Below, piece after piece: positions 39,101 through 52,700 of a DNA stretch of 64,000 bases. Below the pieces are notes generated by a model. The model did no database searches and was not told where the DNA came from. It was given only the letters and a program-made list of their open reading frames with translations. The number at the start of each line of letters is the position of its first letter. Position 1 is the stretch's first letter. The position numbers were made by a program, and so were the translations under genes. The stretch is from Tubiluchus corallicola. Taxonomy: Eukaryota; Animalia; Priapulida. The stretch spans positions 124,001 through 188,000 of the forward strand of contig JAQGDQ010000003.1 in the NCBI GenBank assembly GCA_030141605.1, written 5' to 3'.

Positions 39101-42100
39101 TTGGTTAGCAGCAAAGGTATATTGCTGGGCATCTGCATGATTAGCAATCTAATTTATTTAAATGTGAAATACACATATTAAGCACAAATGGTCTAGAAAT
39201 TAACAACGTATGAAGCGAAAATACAAGATATCAGATAGGATTTAAGTGATTTTTATTATGTACGGTGTGAGACTTTAAGATGTGGTATGAAATAATTGAA
39301 ACTACGAATTTCTGTGAAGACCTGTGATAAGCAGAATTAACTGTATAGTTGTTACAGCGAATATAATAAACCACGAGCAAATTCACCAAGCAGTAGAGAA
39401 AAGTGAATAAGCTCAGAAAATAACGTGTATAAAGATGCATCTTACAAAAAATGCAGGCTATAGCGATGCAGCTTATCTAAACTCTGTGTTCTCTTACAAA
39501 TATTCTAATGAATAACATTTGGCTTAAAATTACAAATATGATGTGGTGTCCATATTACTTGCTATCAGTTTACTATTAATATCAATGAAAGGTCACACTG
39601 ACTTTGTAAATGTTTAGTGCAGTGCATATACAAATGCGCAGTATCTAAGTTTTTGGGTTAATGGTCCTCTATGTTGAATGGAAAAGTATTGTTCATGACA
39701 AATGTTAGCAATTTTTAATTTTTCATTAATTACTATAATTAGTTTGAGACTTCAGAAACCGAAAACACAGCGTGAATAATAACTTGCCTGAACGGAAATA
39801 TGCACTTGTCGGATCTATACAGTTTATGATCAATGATTTGATATGTGGTGCCTCTTTCTCTAACACTGTCTAACATCTCACGCTTGATGCCACTGTCCTC
39901 CCATAATGACAGGTCTCTCTTTATCACACTGCAAAAAAACACAATGCAAAAGAAATAAAATTATGGCAAACATATCATATAGGCCTACTTTTTTAATGAG
40001 TTATTTTTCAAAATTTTATAATTCATCAAACCAAAGTATAAGCACTTTAAGAATCATATAGTCTTTACTAAAATTATTAGTACAATACTGTTGTAAACTA
40101 TCTTGAAAAATTATTCCGAAGCACTAGAAAAGTATGAATTTGAAAGTTTTGTAACTCACATCTTATGTAAAATTTCTTGCTAAAAAAACAGCTTACCAAC
40201 ATTAAAAATATTAGTTTTATAATTCTTTACATTAACATTTTAATACCTTCCACAATTAAAACTATATAAAACGGTTAAAAACATTTATTTATATTTATCA
40301 AATAGGCATACTAATGTGAAGTTTATCTAACATGTATGGGCAACCTGAGACATACCTGAGCCTCTCTGCTAAGAAAAAAAACCTCATCTCATTGATATCT
40401 TGGAAAAATGATTCTATATCATTTTGTCTTCAAATGACACACTAAATTTCGTCTCCTTTGTGTTATAATGTCTTTAATGACATAAATATTGCAGTAAGAA
40501 AACATTCGAGTAGATATATACACATAAAATTAAATTGACATGTTGACTGTTATTTTGAGTAACTGATTAACTACACATTAGTGTCATACTTACTCTGCAT
40601 GGCAGCTACAGTTTTGTTGCGTACAAGGCACATAGTCTTTCAGAGCCGTTCCAATTTCTTCTAAGTAATGATTCCATCGATTTTCTAGAAAATTAGCAAC
40701 AATTAAAATGAAAGGATTTTGTAAACCAATTACTTTGTATGAATTTTAATAGAAGCCTTCGACAAAGAAAGAACAATATTTAGGTAGGTTTGGTAGATAA
40801 TAGAATACATAGTAATTAAAGCCTTTGACAAAAAAGGAACAATATTTAGGTAGGTTTAGTAGATAACAGAACCATAGTAATTATGCCTTTAGCTTATTTT
40901 AACTGGAGATGATGTATATTGTTCTCAACATTTAAACACCAACGATTGCTCACTGATATTCAATGTGTTTTTCTGCTCTGTAATCAGTGAGACAGCATCA
41001 CTTATACACTCCACAGTACATTTTAATATCAACTGACATTTGATGGTTTATCCTAATGTGTTTTATTTATAATGCCTTTAATAAGTTTAGGGGATTTAGT
41101 GGCATGAAATGTTATTCTGCATAGTGCATATTTGAATAAAAGATAATAATAGAATTTCCATAAGCCGAAGATAATGGCTAGGGCTTCCTTATGTATTTGG
41201 CTGTAGTTCCTTTCTGCAGCTGTGAGAGTCTTGGACACATTGGCAATTGGGCGCTCGCTTCCGTCCGAGTAGCGATGAAACAGGACAGCTCCAATTCCAA
41301 TATTGGATGCGTCACAAGCCAATCCCAGAAGCTTGTCTGGGTCGAAATGCACAAGGACTTGATCTGAGGATGGCACATTTTTCAACAGTTGAAATGCTGT
41401 TTGCTCCTCATCTCCCCATTTCCAGTGGACTGTTTTCTTGGGCAAGTGGTAAAGAGGCTCTGCCATAGTAGCCAGGTTTGGGATGAACTTCCCGTAGAAC
41501 TGAACCGAGCCCAAGAAAGACTTCAAGCTTGAGATGTCTGTAACAGGTGGCATCTTCATGACTGCCTTGACCTTGGATCCTTTCACAACTCCTTCGGCCG
41601 ATAAGATGTGTCCAAGATATTCAATACTTGGTTGGGCGAACAAGCACTTTTTACGACGACATCTGAGTCCTTTGTCATTCAGACAAGTGAGCAAGCATCT
41701 CAGATTTCTCAGGTGATCATTTGCACCTTGCTCGCTGACGAGCATATTGTCTTGGAAGACGGTGACTCCAGGCAGATCACTGGTCAGGTTCGCCATGATC
41801 TCCTGAAAGTAACCAGGCACTGACTTGATTCTGAAAGGAAGTCATTGCTGCAGGAGTACACCACGGTGGGTACTGAGAGCTAGCCTGCATTGACTCTCGG
41901 GTGCCAGCGACAATTTGGGCTTCTGAGTGCCCGGAGTGTAAGCTTTACGAATCGGCACCACTGGCATTCCGTATTCGTTGAACTGGATATTGACTTCAAC
42001 GTCCAAACTAGGAGAATCTTCGGGAACTTACATGAAGGAATTAAAGCCACAGAAACACAATTTTGCATTCGTGCAGCTAGTTCTTTACTGTTGAATGCAC

Positions 42101-42694
42101 TTTGCCATTTGCTAATTAGACAGGCACTAGCGCCTACATCTCGGAAACACATTGCATAAAACAGATGCTATATCTCTCAGTTCCAAGTTTAGTTCTGATG
42201 TAGACACAGGTTAGAGAGCTCATGCCATGAGCACAGTGGTAACTTGAATTTTAAACTTAAAATTGGCCAAATTTTTGTATACATCACACTGAATGTTGTA
42301 CAGTAGAGCTGTACTTCAATTTTCGCTTTTGCAAACACGTGCAACACGCTCGTGGAATTTTGTGTTGCTTGAAAACTATGTGCAGTTGTAATGTCTTCAC
42401 TTAGTTGGGCTCGCTTTAATTAAGGTTTTAACTTTTCATTTAATCATCAGAAACGCTTTAGCATTGTTACAGGTGTTAAAATTTATACTTTTCACCGTAC
42501 TTCCAAATGAGAAAGGCCAAACCTTTTTTATATTTAGACTTTCCGTGATCGTCTGCAGCTTTTGCTTCTTTGCAACCCTTTGAGGTATCTTTACAGTCAC
42601 TGCTGTCTAAATTAGCGATAGCACCAAACAGTAACAAGCACAAGGCAAAAATTACGCTACAGTAACAAAACCAACAGCTACCGTGCGCTGACAT
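33146..42694 (-). CDS. POGLUT1: Protein O-glucosyltransferase 1 (Rumi/KTELC1 orthologue, CAP10/GT90 family), 412 aa
   Basis: Phase-consistent exons: 42694-42523, 40684-40594, 39928-39788, 38683-38551, 37544-37426, 36940-36722, 35597-35430, 33805-33749, 33284-33146 (TAA). Family motifs: [88 protein letters not shown]. Hydrophobic N-terminal signal. Confidence 0.95.
33930..34600 (+). mobile_element. Degenerate 3' end of a CR1/L2-type LINE ORF2
   Basis: Frameshifted remnants [33 protein letters not shown] and [15 protein letters not shown] resemble the post-RT C-terminal region of CR1/L2 LINEs. Boundaries approximate. Confidence 0.65.
35191..35280. repeat. (ATCTT)18 microsatellite
   Basis: Perfect pentanucleotide run directly visible. 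Confidence 0.98.
37735..38230 (-). mobile_element. TTAA-type MITE, copy 3 (inverted, partial)
   Basis: ttaaaggagaggccaagccttctaggaggtt end and ggcggcaaccacc..tgaaaatttt are reverse complements of segments of 4581-5113 and 15241-15721. Confidence 0.6.
40753..40883. repeat. Two-copy tandem duplication, 66-bp period
   Basis: aagcctt(c/t)gacaaa..gaacaatatttaggtaggttt..tagataa..catagtaatta occurs twice. Confidence 0.85.
41140..42000 (-). mobile_element. Ty3/Gypsy LTR-retrotransposon pol remnant (RT and RNase H), internally deleted and inactive
   Basis: [53 protein letters not shown] (decayed YxDD)..[54 protein letters not shown]. Located in POGLUT1 intron 1; no LTRs recognised. Confidence 0.9.
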
Positions 42695-42830
42695 GTTGTA
42701 TTACCCAGAAAGCATTTCGAGCCCTTGTCGCGCTCCCTTCAGACAAATTTTTGCTGTGTGCTTGACAGCCTTGACTACCCATGTAATTGTGTTGTTGTTG
42801 CTAGTACCCAGGCAGCCAGGTGAGAATTAA
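42695..42830. promoter_or_regulatory. Probable bidirectional promoter of POGLUT1 and NEK4, with a candidate non-coding NEK4 first exon ending at 42819
   Basis: POGLUT1 ATG at 42694 (-). A strong + strand donor CAG|GTGAGA at 42819/42820. The NEK4 ATG exon is preceded by an acceptor at 46181. A few CpGs are retained locally. Confidence 0.45.
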
Positions 42831-42867
42831 AAATTACTTGAAATAATAATGTAGTGCACTGTGCAGG

Positions 42868-42961
42868 TAGCAATTAGCCTACTTAAAAAGCCAATCCTTT
42901 TAACTTTCTACTGTATCTTTAGCAATTAGCCTACTTAAAAAGCTAGCCTTTTAACTTTCTA
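42868..42961. repeat. Two-copy direct repeat, 52-bp period
   Basis: tagcaattagcctacttaaaaagc..ccttttaactttcta at 42868 and 42920. Confidence 0.85.
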
Positions 42962-44144
42962 TTGACTTCAGGTGTACGAGTGTTGCATATCTGATTTGTC
43001 TGTGATACTGTTTAAACCAATTGTTTTTAGCTTGCAAGGTAAAAATATTTAGATCGTAGGAGGCCTACCCACACAAACTCCAAAGTACTGCAACACTAGG
43101 CTTACTTAAGACTAAGTTGTAATTAATAGAACTGTAAATAATTAATTCTGTCATTTCAGTAGTTTTTCTAATTATTGGTGATAACTAGTAATTACTAGTA
43201 ACTAGTAATAGTTGCTAAAGCGGTCTTCTCCTGTTCTGGTAATGTGTAAGTAGAAGCTTAATATAGTGGTACTTTTCCAGTTATTTCAAGAATTATCTTG
43301 TTAGTTACTGCATTACAACCATTTGCTGTTAGTGTTAGTGTTACAACTATGACTACAATTACTCAGTCATTTGTGCTAATTAGTTTATTACTATTATTAT
43401 TATCATAAAGAAAGGTGTCTAGCGCAAAATAGCAAATTTACATGCAACTAATTATGAGGTATTTAATCATCACATTAAATTCAATTTTCATCGTACATAC
43501 CATGGTAGCTCTGAATGAGGCAGTAGATAAATTTTTAATATTTTATAAGAAAGTATGGAATTTAAAAGAGAAGTGGTATTAGTGCAATATTTTCTGTCTT
43601 TTCGTATATGGCCTCAGAAATAGTCCAACAGCAATGTCTAATGACAATCTGCCAGCAGCCATACGCCCATGCCTATTACTATGATAACTACAGGGTCATC
43701 TAGGTCATAATGATCATGATCAAATTTCTGTGATTGCACCAATAATTTCTTTCCAACTTTAAAGCAAATTTTCAGAATTGTTACTCAGTTTTTTTTGTAA
43801 TACTGTATCTTATTTTAATATGAATGAAATAATTCAAATACACATCTGTTACAAGCTATAAGAATCACAATGGGAAAATTTCTAACTCTGTAATAATTGT
43901 ACCAAGGATGAAAGGTACTTAACCCAGCCAAAAAGACTACTGTACCAAGGATGAAAGGTAACCCAGCCAAACAGTCATGACTTACGAATTTGTGCAATTC
44001 AAATGTTAACTTATTTGATAGCAATTGGGATCACAGCCAATTCTGAAAATCAATCGCGATCCTGATTATGAATGCAATAAAAAAAATTCTAATGATTTTG
44101 ATCATGGTAGCAATCAATTTTTGCATTACTCTAGACAGGGGACT

Positions 44145-45025
44145 TATTGCCCTCATGCGGTGTCTGTCGAGCGTCGTCCAAGTTGACCTAATTTTCTAGA
44201 ATTAGCCCAACCTTTTGTCTCAGTCATAGATTTTTGGTGTGCAGCAATCTTGGCATAAGGTGTCAAAATGAATGAGCTAGGATTGAAAGGTCGCGACCCA
44301 GAGGATCATGGATGTTCAAGTTATACGAGATTTTGCACATTTTGCTAAAAATCTACATGATATTTGCAGTAAACAAAATGTTTTTATAGCAATTTTGGAC
44401 ACTAGATTATATGACCTTTCAAAATTCCAGCAGTTGCTATGGTGTACAAGATTTTAATTTGGCAGTTGCTAGGATGTAAACATGACCATTTCTTCCAAAC
44501 AGTCATCCAAAGGTCATCTATAGTGAATGCCTCAGTCATATCGAATAATATATCAAATTAAAGCTTGGAGTGAGGCGGGGCTGACACTAACAAATATTGG
44601 CCCAGCTGGGGTCTCCTAAAAGTCATCTGCAGGGAATGTGTCAAACACATTGTGTAAGATATTCAAATAAAGCTTATGCCGAGGCAGTTTGACATGGTTC
44701 ATTAAAACATCGAACGTCGTTAAGAAATGACTCAATTTTCTTTATTTTGCCAAAATCTTTTGTCCTTTGTCTTAGATTCTTTGATGTGTAGTAATCTTTG
44801 CATAAAATGCATGTCAAACTGCATGACCAACGTCAAAAATTTTGGGCCATCTGGGGCCATCCGAAAGGGCATCTAAAGGGAATGTCGCAAACAATTGTGT
44901 AATAATTATAGCAAATTTTTGCTTACCGAAAGGTGGGTTCATAAGGTCTATAAAAAGGTCAGTGGTCAATTGAAGAGCATCTCTACAATAATGCTAAGGT
45001 CACAGGAATGAAGGCTTCATTTTCA
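44145..45025. repeat. Probable interspersed repeat (non-autonomous Helitron/Helentron-like)
   Basis: GC-richer block starting ttattgccctcatgcggtgtctgtcgagcgtcgtcc with internal semi-repeats (aaggtcatctatagtgaatg / aaagtcatctgcagggaatg / aaagggcatctaaagggaatg). Family is inferred. Confidence 0.35.
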
Positions 45026-46305
45026 TAAAATAACTAATTAGGTTTTTGAAACTACTTACTTACTTACATAATTGTTTATCAATTCACTCATGCACTTACT
45101 TAGTCCAATAGTTACTTTTGGTCTCACAGCAATAATAGTGCTTTGTTGTTTTTATCTATGCTGGACTTAGTTAATTGATTAGAAAATCAGATTTTTTAAA
45201 TGCAAAAATTTTTAATTTAATTGAAAATGGTTTCAATGAATTTAATTAAATCTAGGTCTACAACAAAAATTCCCATTATGTTCCATCGGTGTTATGCTTT
45301 TTGACTTGTGAATCTGTATCAGCTGAAGCATTTGCATTCAACCTTGTTTTTGTAAACCAGTTTTCCAAAACCAAATGCCAGATGTCTGGTTTGCTACGTG
45401 TAATTGTTTGTTAGCCCTTCAATGCTGTAAATAGGGATATTGACTTTTTATACTGGCTCTCAAATTTTGTGCAAATAAATAATAATTATTACATCAGTTT
45501 TAATTACTTTAGAAGGGGCAGTTTACAATCAGTTATTAGTTAAGAATATATTCATGTTTGCCTGTAGTGTGAATTCCTCATGTTGGGAGGTATCAAGGAA
45601 ATGTTCTTAACTAGTGTAGAAAACATTGCGCTAATTTGTTTTTCGTCATCTCATAATCACTGCTAACTGGCCATTAAACATTATGCGTTAACTGCTCATA
45701 GGGAATTATAAGCTTAGATTCTCAGTACTAGAATCATAATTTTAAGGATCCGCTCTGAACCTGACTTAGGAAGATGCTAAATGCAAAGTTAATAGGAAAA
45801 CAACAGAGAGCACAGCAGAATACAACAATCCAGGGCATTATAAACATGACCATTTCTTCCAAAACAGATAAGTACACATTCTTAAGTACATAATTTTTAG
45901 GACAAACAAATGTAATATACAAGGCTCAGTGTATGTTTCATTGCTATTTGCTGAACTGTGTGTATTTCTGTAACACGGTTTTATGACGTTTTTGTATTCT
46001 TTCAGTATGTACAGTAGAATAATTTCACTTCAGAACTTCTTGGAGTCTTGTTATATGAATTTTCAAAAACAAATGCAACTTACAGAAACCATTTTAATGT
46101 AGCAGTTCTTGACACCCCAAAATTTTGCCCCATGCAGGGTCACCACCATTTTACATAATATTATACAATTTTTCTTCACAGGCCTTATACCTTCATTGAT
46201 GGTCTGGTTTTGTGATTGCTATGCTGGGGGTCATAAATGCTATTGCCAAAAAACTAGCATTGAAAATGCATCATGGCAACACTGGCAAACTGATTGACGA
46301 TCATT

Positions 46306-49300
46306 ATGGAGAATTACAAAAAAATTCGAGTAGTTGGAAAAGGGAGCTATGGTGAAGTTTGGCTTTGCAGACATGTTGAAGATAAACGACAGGTAAGTAC
46401 CTTATTTGGTATCAAAGGGCAATGCAGCATGAAGTGGCAAGAGATGACATGTTATAAATATAATATTAAATGAAAAACAAGAAAGTCTTTCAAGAGCAAC
46501 ACACAAAGCCACTTGCAGCCATTGAGCCCTAGTTTTAGTCCACCTCTAAATAATTTGGATGATGATTTTTGGATAACATCTGAACTTAGAGACTTTAGAC
46601 TGAGGTATTCTTTGACCCGTTGTAATATTTTAACGTTAACATAACAAACCAACTCGCTAACGGCAATACTGTACATTTAAAATTTTGCAATTTTTTATGC
46701 ATTTTTTGATTTCTTGTCTTTTGGTGACGTTTTACTTTTATCATGATCTAAATTCATCAATCTGTCTTGACATTTATTTGAGCCACACTTCTCAAAGCCA
46801 CAGAAGCCATGCTTGTGCTTTTTCAAATGACTATTACTGCTTTAACCAGAGACACAAACTCATTTACGTAATTTAAATGTCTAAGTTATCACCTGCGTTT
46901 TTTTTTTTTGGTGTATATATATTCATCTTATGCATGTAAAAACAATTGTCCTTGCAAGTCTGCATCTACATAGAAATAATGATGAAATAGTGAATTGTGT
47001 TTTACTTTTTCATTTTGTAAGTTATAGAACTTTAGTACATGTAGTTACTTTTGCTATGAAGTACTTAAGTGATAATCTGCTATTTATAAATTACAGTATG
47101 TGCTGAAGCGGATGGATTTGAAGACTGCTTCAAAGCGTGAGAGAAAAGCAGCAGAACAAGAATCAAAACTTCTTTCTAAGCTTAAGCATCCCAATATTGT
47201 ATCATACAAGGTATGCCTGATTTGTGTCAACTCTAAATAATAAGTTATGCTTTCTACATCCAGTCAATGAGTTTATGAGATGGTGTAACTAAATCATATT
47301 TTGAAGCACATGACTTTAATAATTAATGAGCTGCTTAGTGCCAATCATTTTTCTCTTTAAACCTGTCATTTAGCAGCTTGTGGCATCTTCTTGTTGATTT
47401 TATTAAAGTAATTATCTCTTACTAAGAGAAATTTACTGATCCAATAATGGAGTCAACATTTCTTCTTGGGCTGTCCTTGGTAATCCTCTCCGTTGAAGTG
47501 TATTTATGCCAAACTGTGGAAATTGGCGAATCTGTTTTAAACTAGTTGAGTCAATTCCATTTGCTTCGCAAAATTTTTACAGACTTTTATGGCAGGCCTG
47601 AATCCTAGTACAGTAGCAAGATGAAATATTAATCCTCAGAGATGAAATACTCAATTGACATAGATGTCACAGTCACATTCAGATATATGTATGTCTTTTC
47701 TAAACACTAAGAAACAAACGAAGTAATTCAGAATCACAGTAAAAGACACTGCCCAAAAGTGAGATTCCTAAGCAGTCACCCAACAAATTAGTTACCAGGT
47801 CTGCCATTGCCAAATTTCAATAACCAAGCACACATCGAGATTACTCACATGTGCAAAGACCAACATTGATTCGCTATTCAATTGTTCTGACGTTATAAAT
47901 TTATTGACCTTTATTTTTGGTCAATTTTTTTAATGTATGATCCTTATTAATACACAGTTAAAAAAACTATACTTTTTATTTCCTACTGTGCATTAAAACT
48001 GATTTATTACATTTTCTGCAAATTTTATTTTCTATGTTTCTGAGAAATGCCAGTTCTGGGATGGTGTTTCTGTCTGGTGTTGGACATAACATTTGATTGC
48101 AATACTTATGATTTTCTATCTGTGGTGACTTCACTATATTTTTTGGGACAGTACTTTATGTGATTTTGTGTGATTTCAATTATTAATAAAGAATAAATAT
48201 TAAAATTTGTTTGTCTCTGATTCTATAATACTAATTTAATGCAAATAAACTCGAATGTAGGTAAAAATGGCACGCAAAAAAGGCATAGGTAATTGATTTT
48301 GATGATGGTAAAACACTGACGTGTGCATCTTTTGATGATGGAAAAACACCGACGTGTGCATCTTTTGATGATGGTAAAACACCGACGTGTGCATCTTTTG
48401 ATGATGGTAAAACACCGACGTGTGCATCTTTTGATGATGGTAAAACACCGACGTGTGCATCTTTTGATGATGGTAAAACACTGACGTGTGCATCTTTTGA
48501 TGATGGTAAAACACCGACGTGTGCATCTTTTGATGATGGTAAAACACCACCGTGTGCATCTTTTGATGATGGTAAAACACTGACGTGTGCATCTTTTGAT
48601 GATGGTAAAACACCGACGTTTGCATCTTTTGCTGATGGTAAAACACTGACGTGTGCATCTTTGCATACCAATTAAGCTTATAAGTTATACACATTAATAA
48701 GCAGCGGTTTTAGGCAGTGTTACACAGTTTTCAAGTGAAAACTTCTGAAAGTGGAATGTGGAACTAACTCGTAGTAGTTTCTCCTGGTGGAGATAATAAA
48801 AAACAAGTACCGAACACTCTTGGCTTCTGAGATCTCCACGAAGTGTTTCACGAATGATTTTTGTATATGGTGTTCGATCAAGTTTTGCGAAAAAAAAACT
48901 GCAAAGAAATTCCCATTTTGGCATCCTATACTACCTTCTCCACAAAGTTCCGTGGAAATCTGTTAGGTAGTTTCTGTGTAATAGGCTTGCTGATAGAACA
49001 AACAACAAACAAACAAACTGTGTTGAAGCAATCCCATTCTTCCGATGCTATTTTTATGTACTTTTCCACTTGTGCCATTTCTTCCTGTGCCATTTTTCTG
49101 GTGCCATTTTTTCTGGTGCCATTTTTACCAGTGCTATTTTACCTACATTCTTGCAAAACTTTTGCTGACACTTCTGTATTACTCTTCATAATTGCTGACA
49201 CGGTTGCAAAATACAAATTTTAGATAACAAAATGGGATATGTGCTTACTTTGTTCATTAAACTGTTCGTAAATTTTTCAACTACACTAATCAATTTCTTG

Positions 49301-49739
49301 CTTTGCAGGATTCCTTTGAAGGTGTAGATGGTTACTTGTACATAGCTATGGGTTACTGTGAAGGTGGAGATCTGTATACTAAACTCAAACAACAGAAAGG
49401 AATGCTTTTAGAAGAGAGACAAGTGGTTGAGTGGTTTGTCCAGATTGCAATGGCTCTTCAGGTGAATTGTATAAATGTGTTACTGGATTTTCATTGTCAT
49501 TCGCTGGCCACGTTTGATTCGTTCAGTTAATGCATATATAGCATGGCCGGTACTTCTACTTTCCCGATTAGTTGTATTTTCTTATAATTACATGCTTCCT
49601 TCTTGCAGTACCAATTTTGGGAACACATTATAAATAGCAACATGTGAGATTGTCATGGTATTCTGAGTCAAACTCAGGTGCTTCAGCGTAAGTTTCAAGC
49701 AAGACAGATCAGTACCTGCAAATTTAATTTCACTCTGTC

Positions 49740-49796
<57 letters not shown>

Positions 49797-52700
49797 CTGA
49801 CCACATATATGTGCTAATGCTAAATTGCGCTTGCATTTATGAATTGATCCTTACAGCCCTCTATACAGATAGTAAGATTTTATGGCATTGCCCTCCTAGA
49901 CATGAACTTTCAAGTAAAGGTGTAGTAATACCATGGCATTATGGATTTCCTGCTAATTTAGGAAATGTGATTTAACAACTACTGAATCAGTCATTAATTT
50001 TTAAACAGCCATCTGTTTGTCTGTTTTGGAAAGAGAAAACTGCTGTTGTTTTCTTCTTTATCTGCTGGATTTTATTATGCCTGTTTACACTAATTTGTAA
50101 TGCATTCACTCCTTAGTCATTCTTTTATTCTTTCTGTTGTTGCCATTATATTTTTTATAACTTGTGCAAAATTACTGCTTGCATATAGCGATGGTTCTAA
50201 ATGAACAAAAATGTGAGAGGTTTAATTGTTAGCAGTTGTTGTTATCTTTAAATAAGTATGTTTATTTTTTGCAAATAAGAGATTTGCAAGTATGAACAAA
50301 AGTAGGACATTTTAAATTTCACTTTATTAACTACTTTATTGTATAAGTCTTTTGAATTGTAAGATAAGATAGGATAGGTTAAGTTAGGTTAGGCTAGGTT
50401 AAGGTAAGCTAAGGTAGGATAAGGTAATATTAGATAAGGTAAGAAAAGGAAAGGTAAAGTAAGATATTCAAATAACAATGGTTTTTACTAAAAAAAAATC
50501 AAGTATTTCTTACTCATACGAATAAGTGTTTTTCTTACAATTCTTAGCTTAATACTCATAATTTTTGCAGTATCTACATGAGCGGCACATTCTACATCGT
50601 GACTTGAAGACACAAAATATATTCCTAACTAGAAGCAAAATTATTAAAGTCGGAGATCTTGGAATTGCTCGTGTATTAGAACGTGCAGACGACATGGCCA
50701 CAACACTTGTTGGAACACCTTATTACATGAGTCCTGAACTGTTTAGCAATATGCCTTATAATCATAAGGTAATTTAACTTTGCTACATATGAAAAATTTA
50801 CATAAATCTATTTTCTGTAGCTTCGCTGTCATATAGACATGGTAAGTCATATACAGTACATTGTTTTTTTTTGGTTTTTGCTAGATTGGAGGCAGTTTAT
50901 ATGTTTTTGAAGTATTTTATTATGCAAATGGCAGGAAAACAGTGTTAAACTGAAAGCTGTTAAAATCACTAGCTAGGTAGATTTATGCATGTGCCATACC
51001 AGTTTTTATGTCAGTCGGTAAAAAAATAATATAGTAATCAGATGTGTGCAGAGCAGACCTGGATTTGGCTTTGCCTTGGTTTCCTGATTAATCCCCAACA
51101 GTTTCTTGCTGAGATATAACGGATTTCTGACTTTAATCTGACTTTAATGTGCACTTATACATCACACTTTCTAATACAAATGTATTTTCTAATTATGAAA
51201 CTATTGCAATTTAGTCTGATGTGTGGTCACTGGGATGCTGTGCATATGAAATGGCAACGTTAAAACACGCTTTCAATGCAAAGGACATGAATTCCTTAGT
51301 ATATAAGGTTCTGAAAGGCAAGGTATGACTTTAAAATTTTCATTTTCAGTCATTCTCAGTTTATGCTGGTCAAAATAGTATTAGTGTAAAAACTAATAAT
51401 TATGCCTTACCAGATAAGCCATACATATCGTTGCATATCATTAATGAATTTTTTATGTTATGTTGCCTCTGTTTTTTGTTTTAATGCTGGACAACAGAAG
51501 TGCAATAGAAGAACATTTAGCTATGGTAGCAGACAAATTTACGTTGGTCAGCTTGCTAAACAAATTTCCTTTATTGTAGCCAATGTTACTAGTAAACACA
51601 AAGCTCATAATTTGAACTTGTAATTTTATTCAATGAAACTATTATACAAAACACGTCATATTTTTTATGTGTTTCAGATGCCGTCCATGCCAAAACAGTA
51701 TAGCAGTGATCTTAGTGATTTAATCCATTCTATGCTAGCGCAAGATCCTAGCGCGAGACCCAGTGTTGGACGAATCCTGCGCAACAGCTACATAAAAAAG
51801 CACATAGCATTGTTTCTAGAAGGGACCAAGAATATGTTAGAAAATATTGCTTTTGTTTGACTTTTGTTTCATGTAGTGCACATTTTGATGTAAATTGTCT
51901 ATTATGAAGCTTGTTTTATTAGTTACTGCTTGTTTTCAGTTTGGCAGTTTTAAATAGTAAGACTGGAATGAAACTATTTGTGCAGGGTTGCTTATATTAC
52001 CTTGTTGTATATATTTAGTTGTGCTACACAGTTATTTCATAGTACTATCTTATACAAAATGCATACAATTTATTATGCTTTCAATGGCAGCAGTGCAATT
52101 TTGATTTTTGGTAGCATTTTGTCATTTCAAGAATTTTTTATTACTATGTTTTCATATTGTAATTACAGCCAACAAGGAAAGCAGCTGAATGGTGTTGGTG
52201 AGAATGGTGATCATGGGGATGTAAAACTTCAACTAAAAAGAGAAATGCCAGTTAATCCAGTTAAAGTTTGCAAAGAAGAAGATGGTATAAAAAATGGCAA
52301 AATTTTGTGTGACAGTGAAATAAATGCAAAACCTGTGCTGTACGGTAGACGAAAGAGTAGCATTGAAAGTTTTCCACTTAGTCCTGTGCCAAATGATAAA
52401 AAGAAGGAAGATGATTTTATGGAAAATGTGATCTCTTCTAACCAATTAAAAACAGAATTGGCTGAGAACAGTGAACAGAAAAGAATTAAGAAAAAGGTTC
52501 AAATTTTAGATGATGAGACACATGAAAAGAAGGAGGAAAAGAAACAGGCATGGCCATGGATGTTAGAGAGAAACGAAAGATTAATCAGTCCATCTACAAA
52601 CTATGCTGAAATGTCTAAGCATTCAACATCAGCGTCTGATAAGAAGGATATACTAACAAAACCGTCAATGAAAAATGGTAATCTGGTACCTTCGCCAGTC

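Noticed and set aside
48223-48694. 33-bp array as a CRISPR array, or as three overlapping ~150-aa repeat proteins
   Set aside because: Units are contiguous with no unique spacers, there are no cas genes and the context is eukaryotic. The ORFs exist only because a 33-nt unit lacks stops on the - strand.
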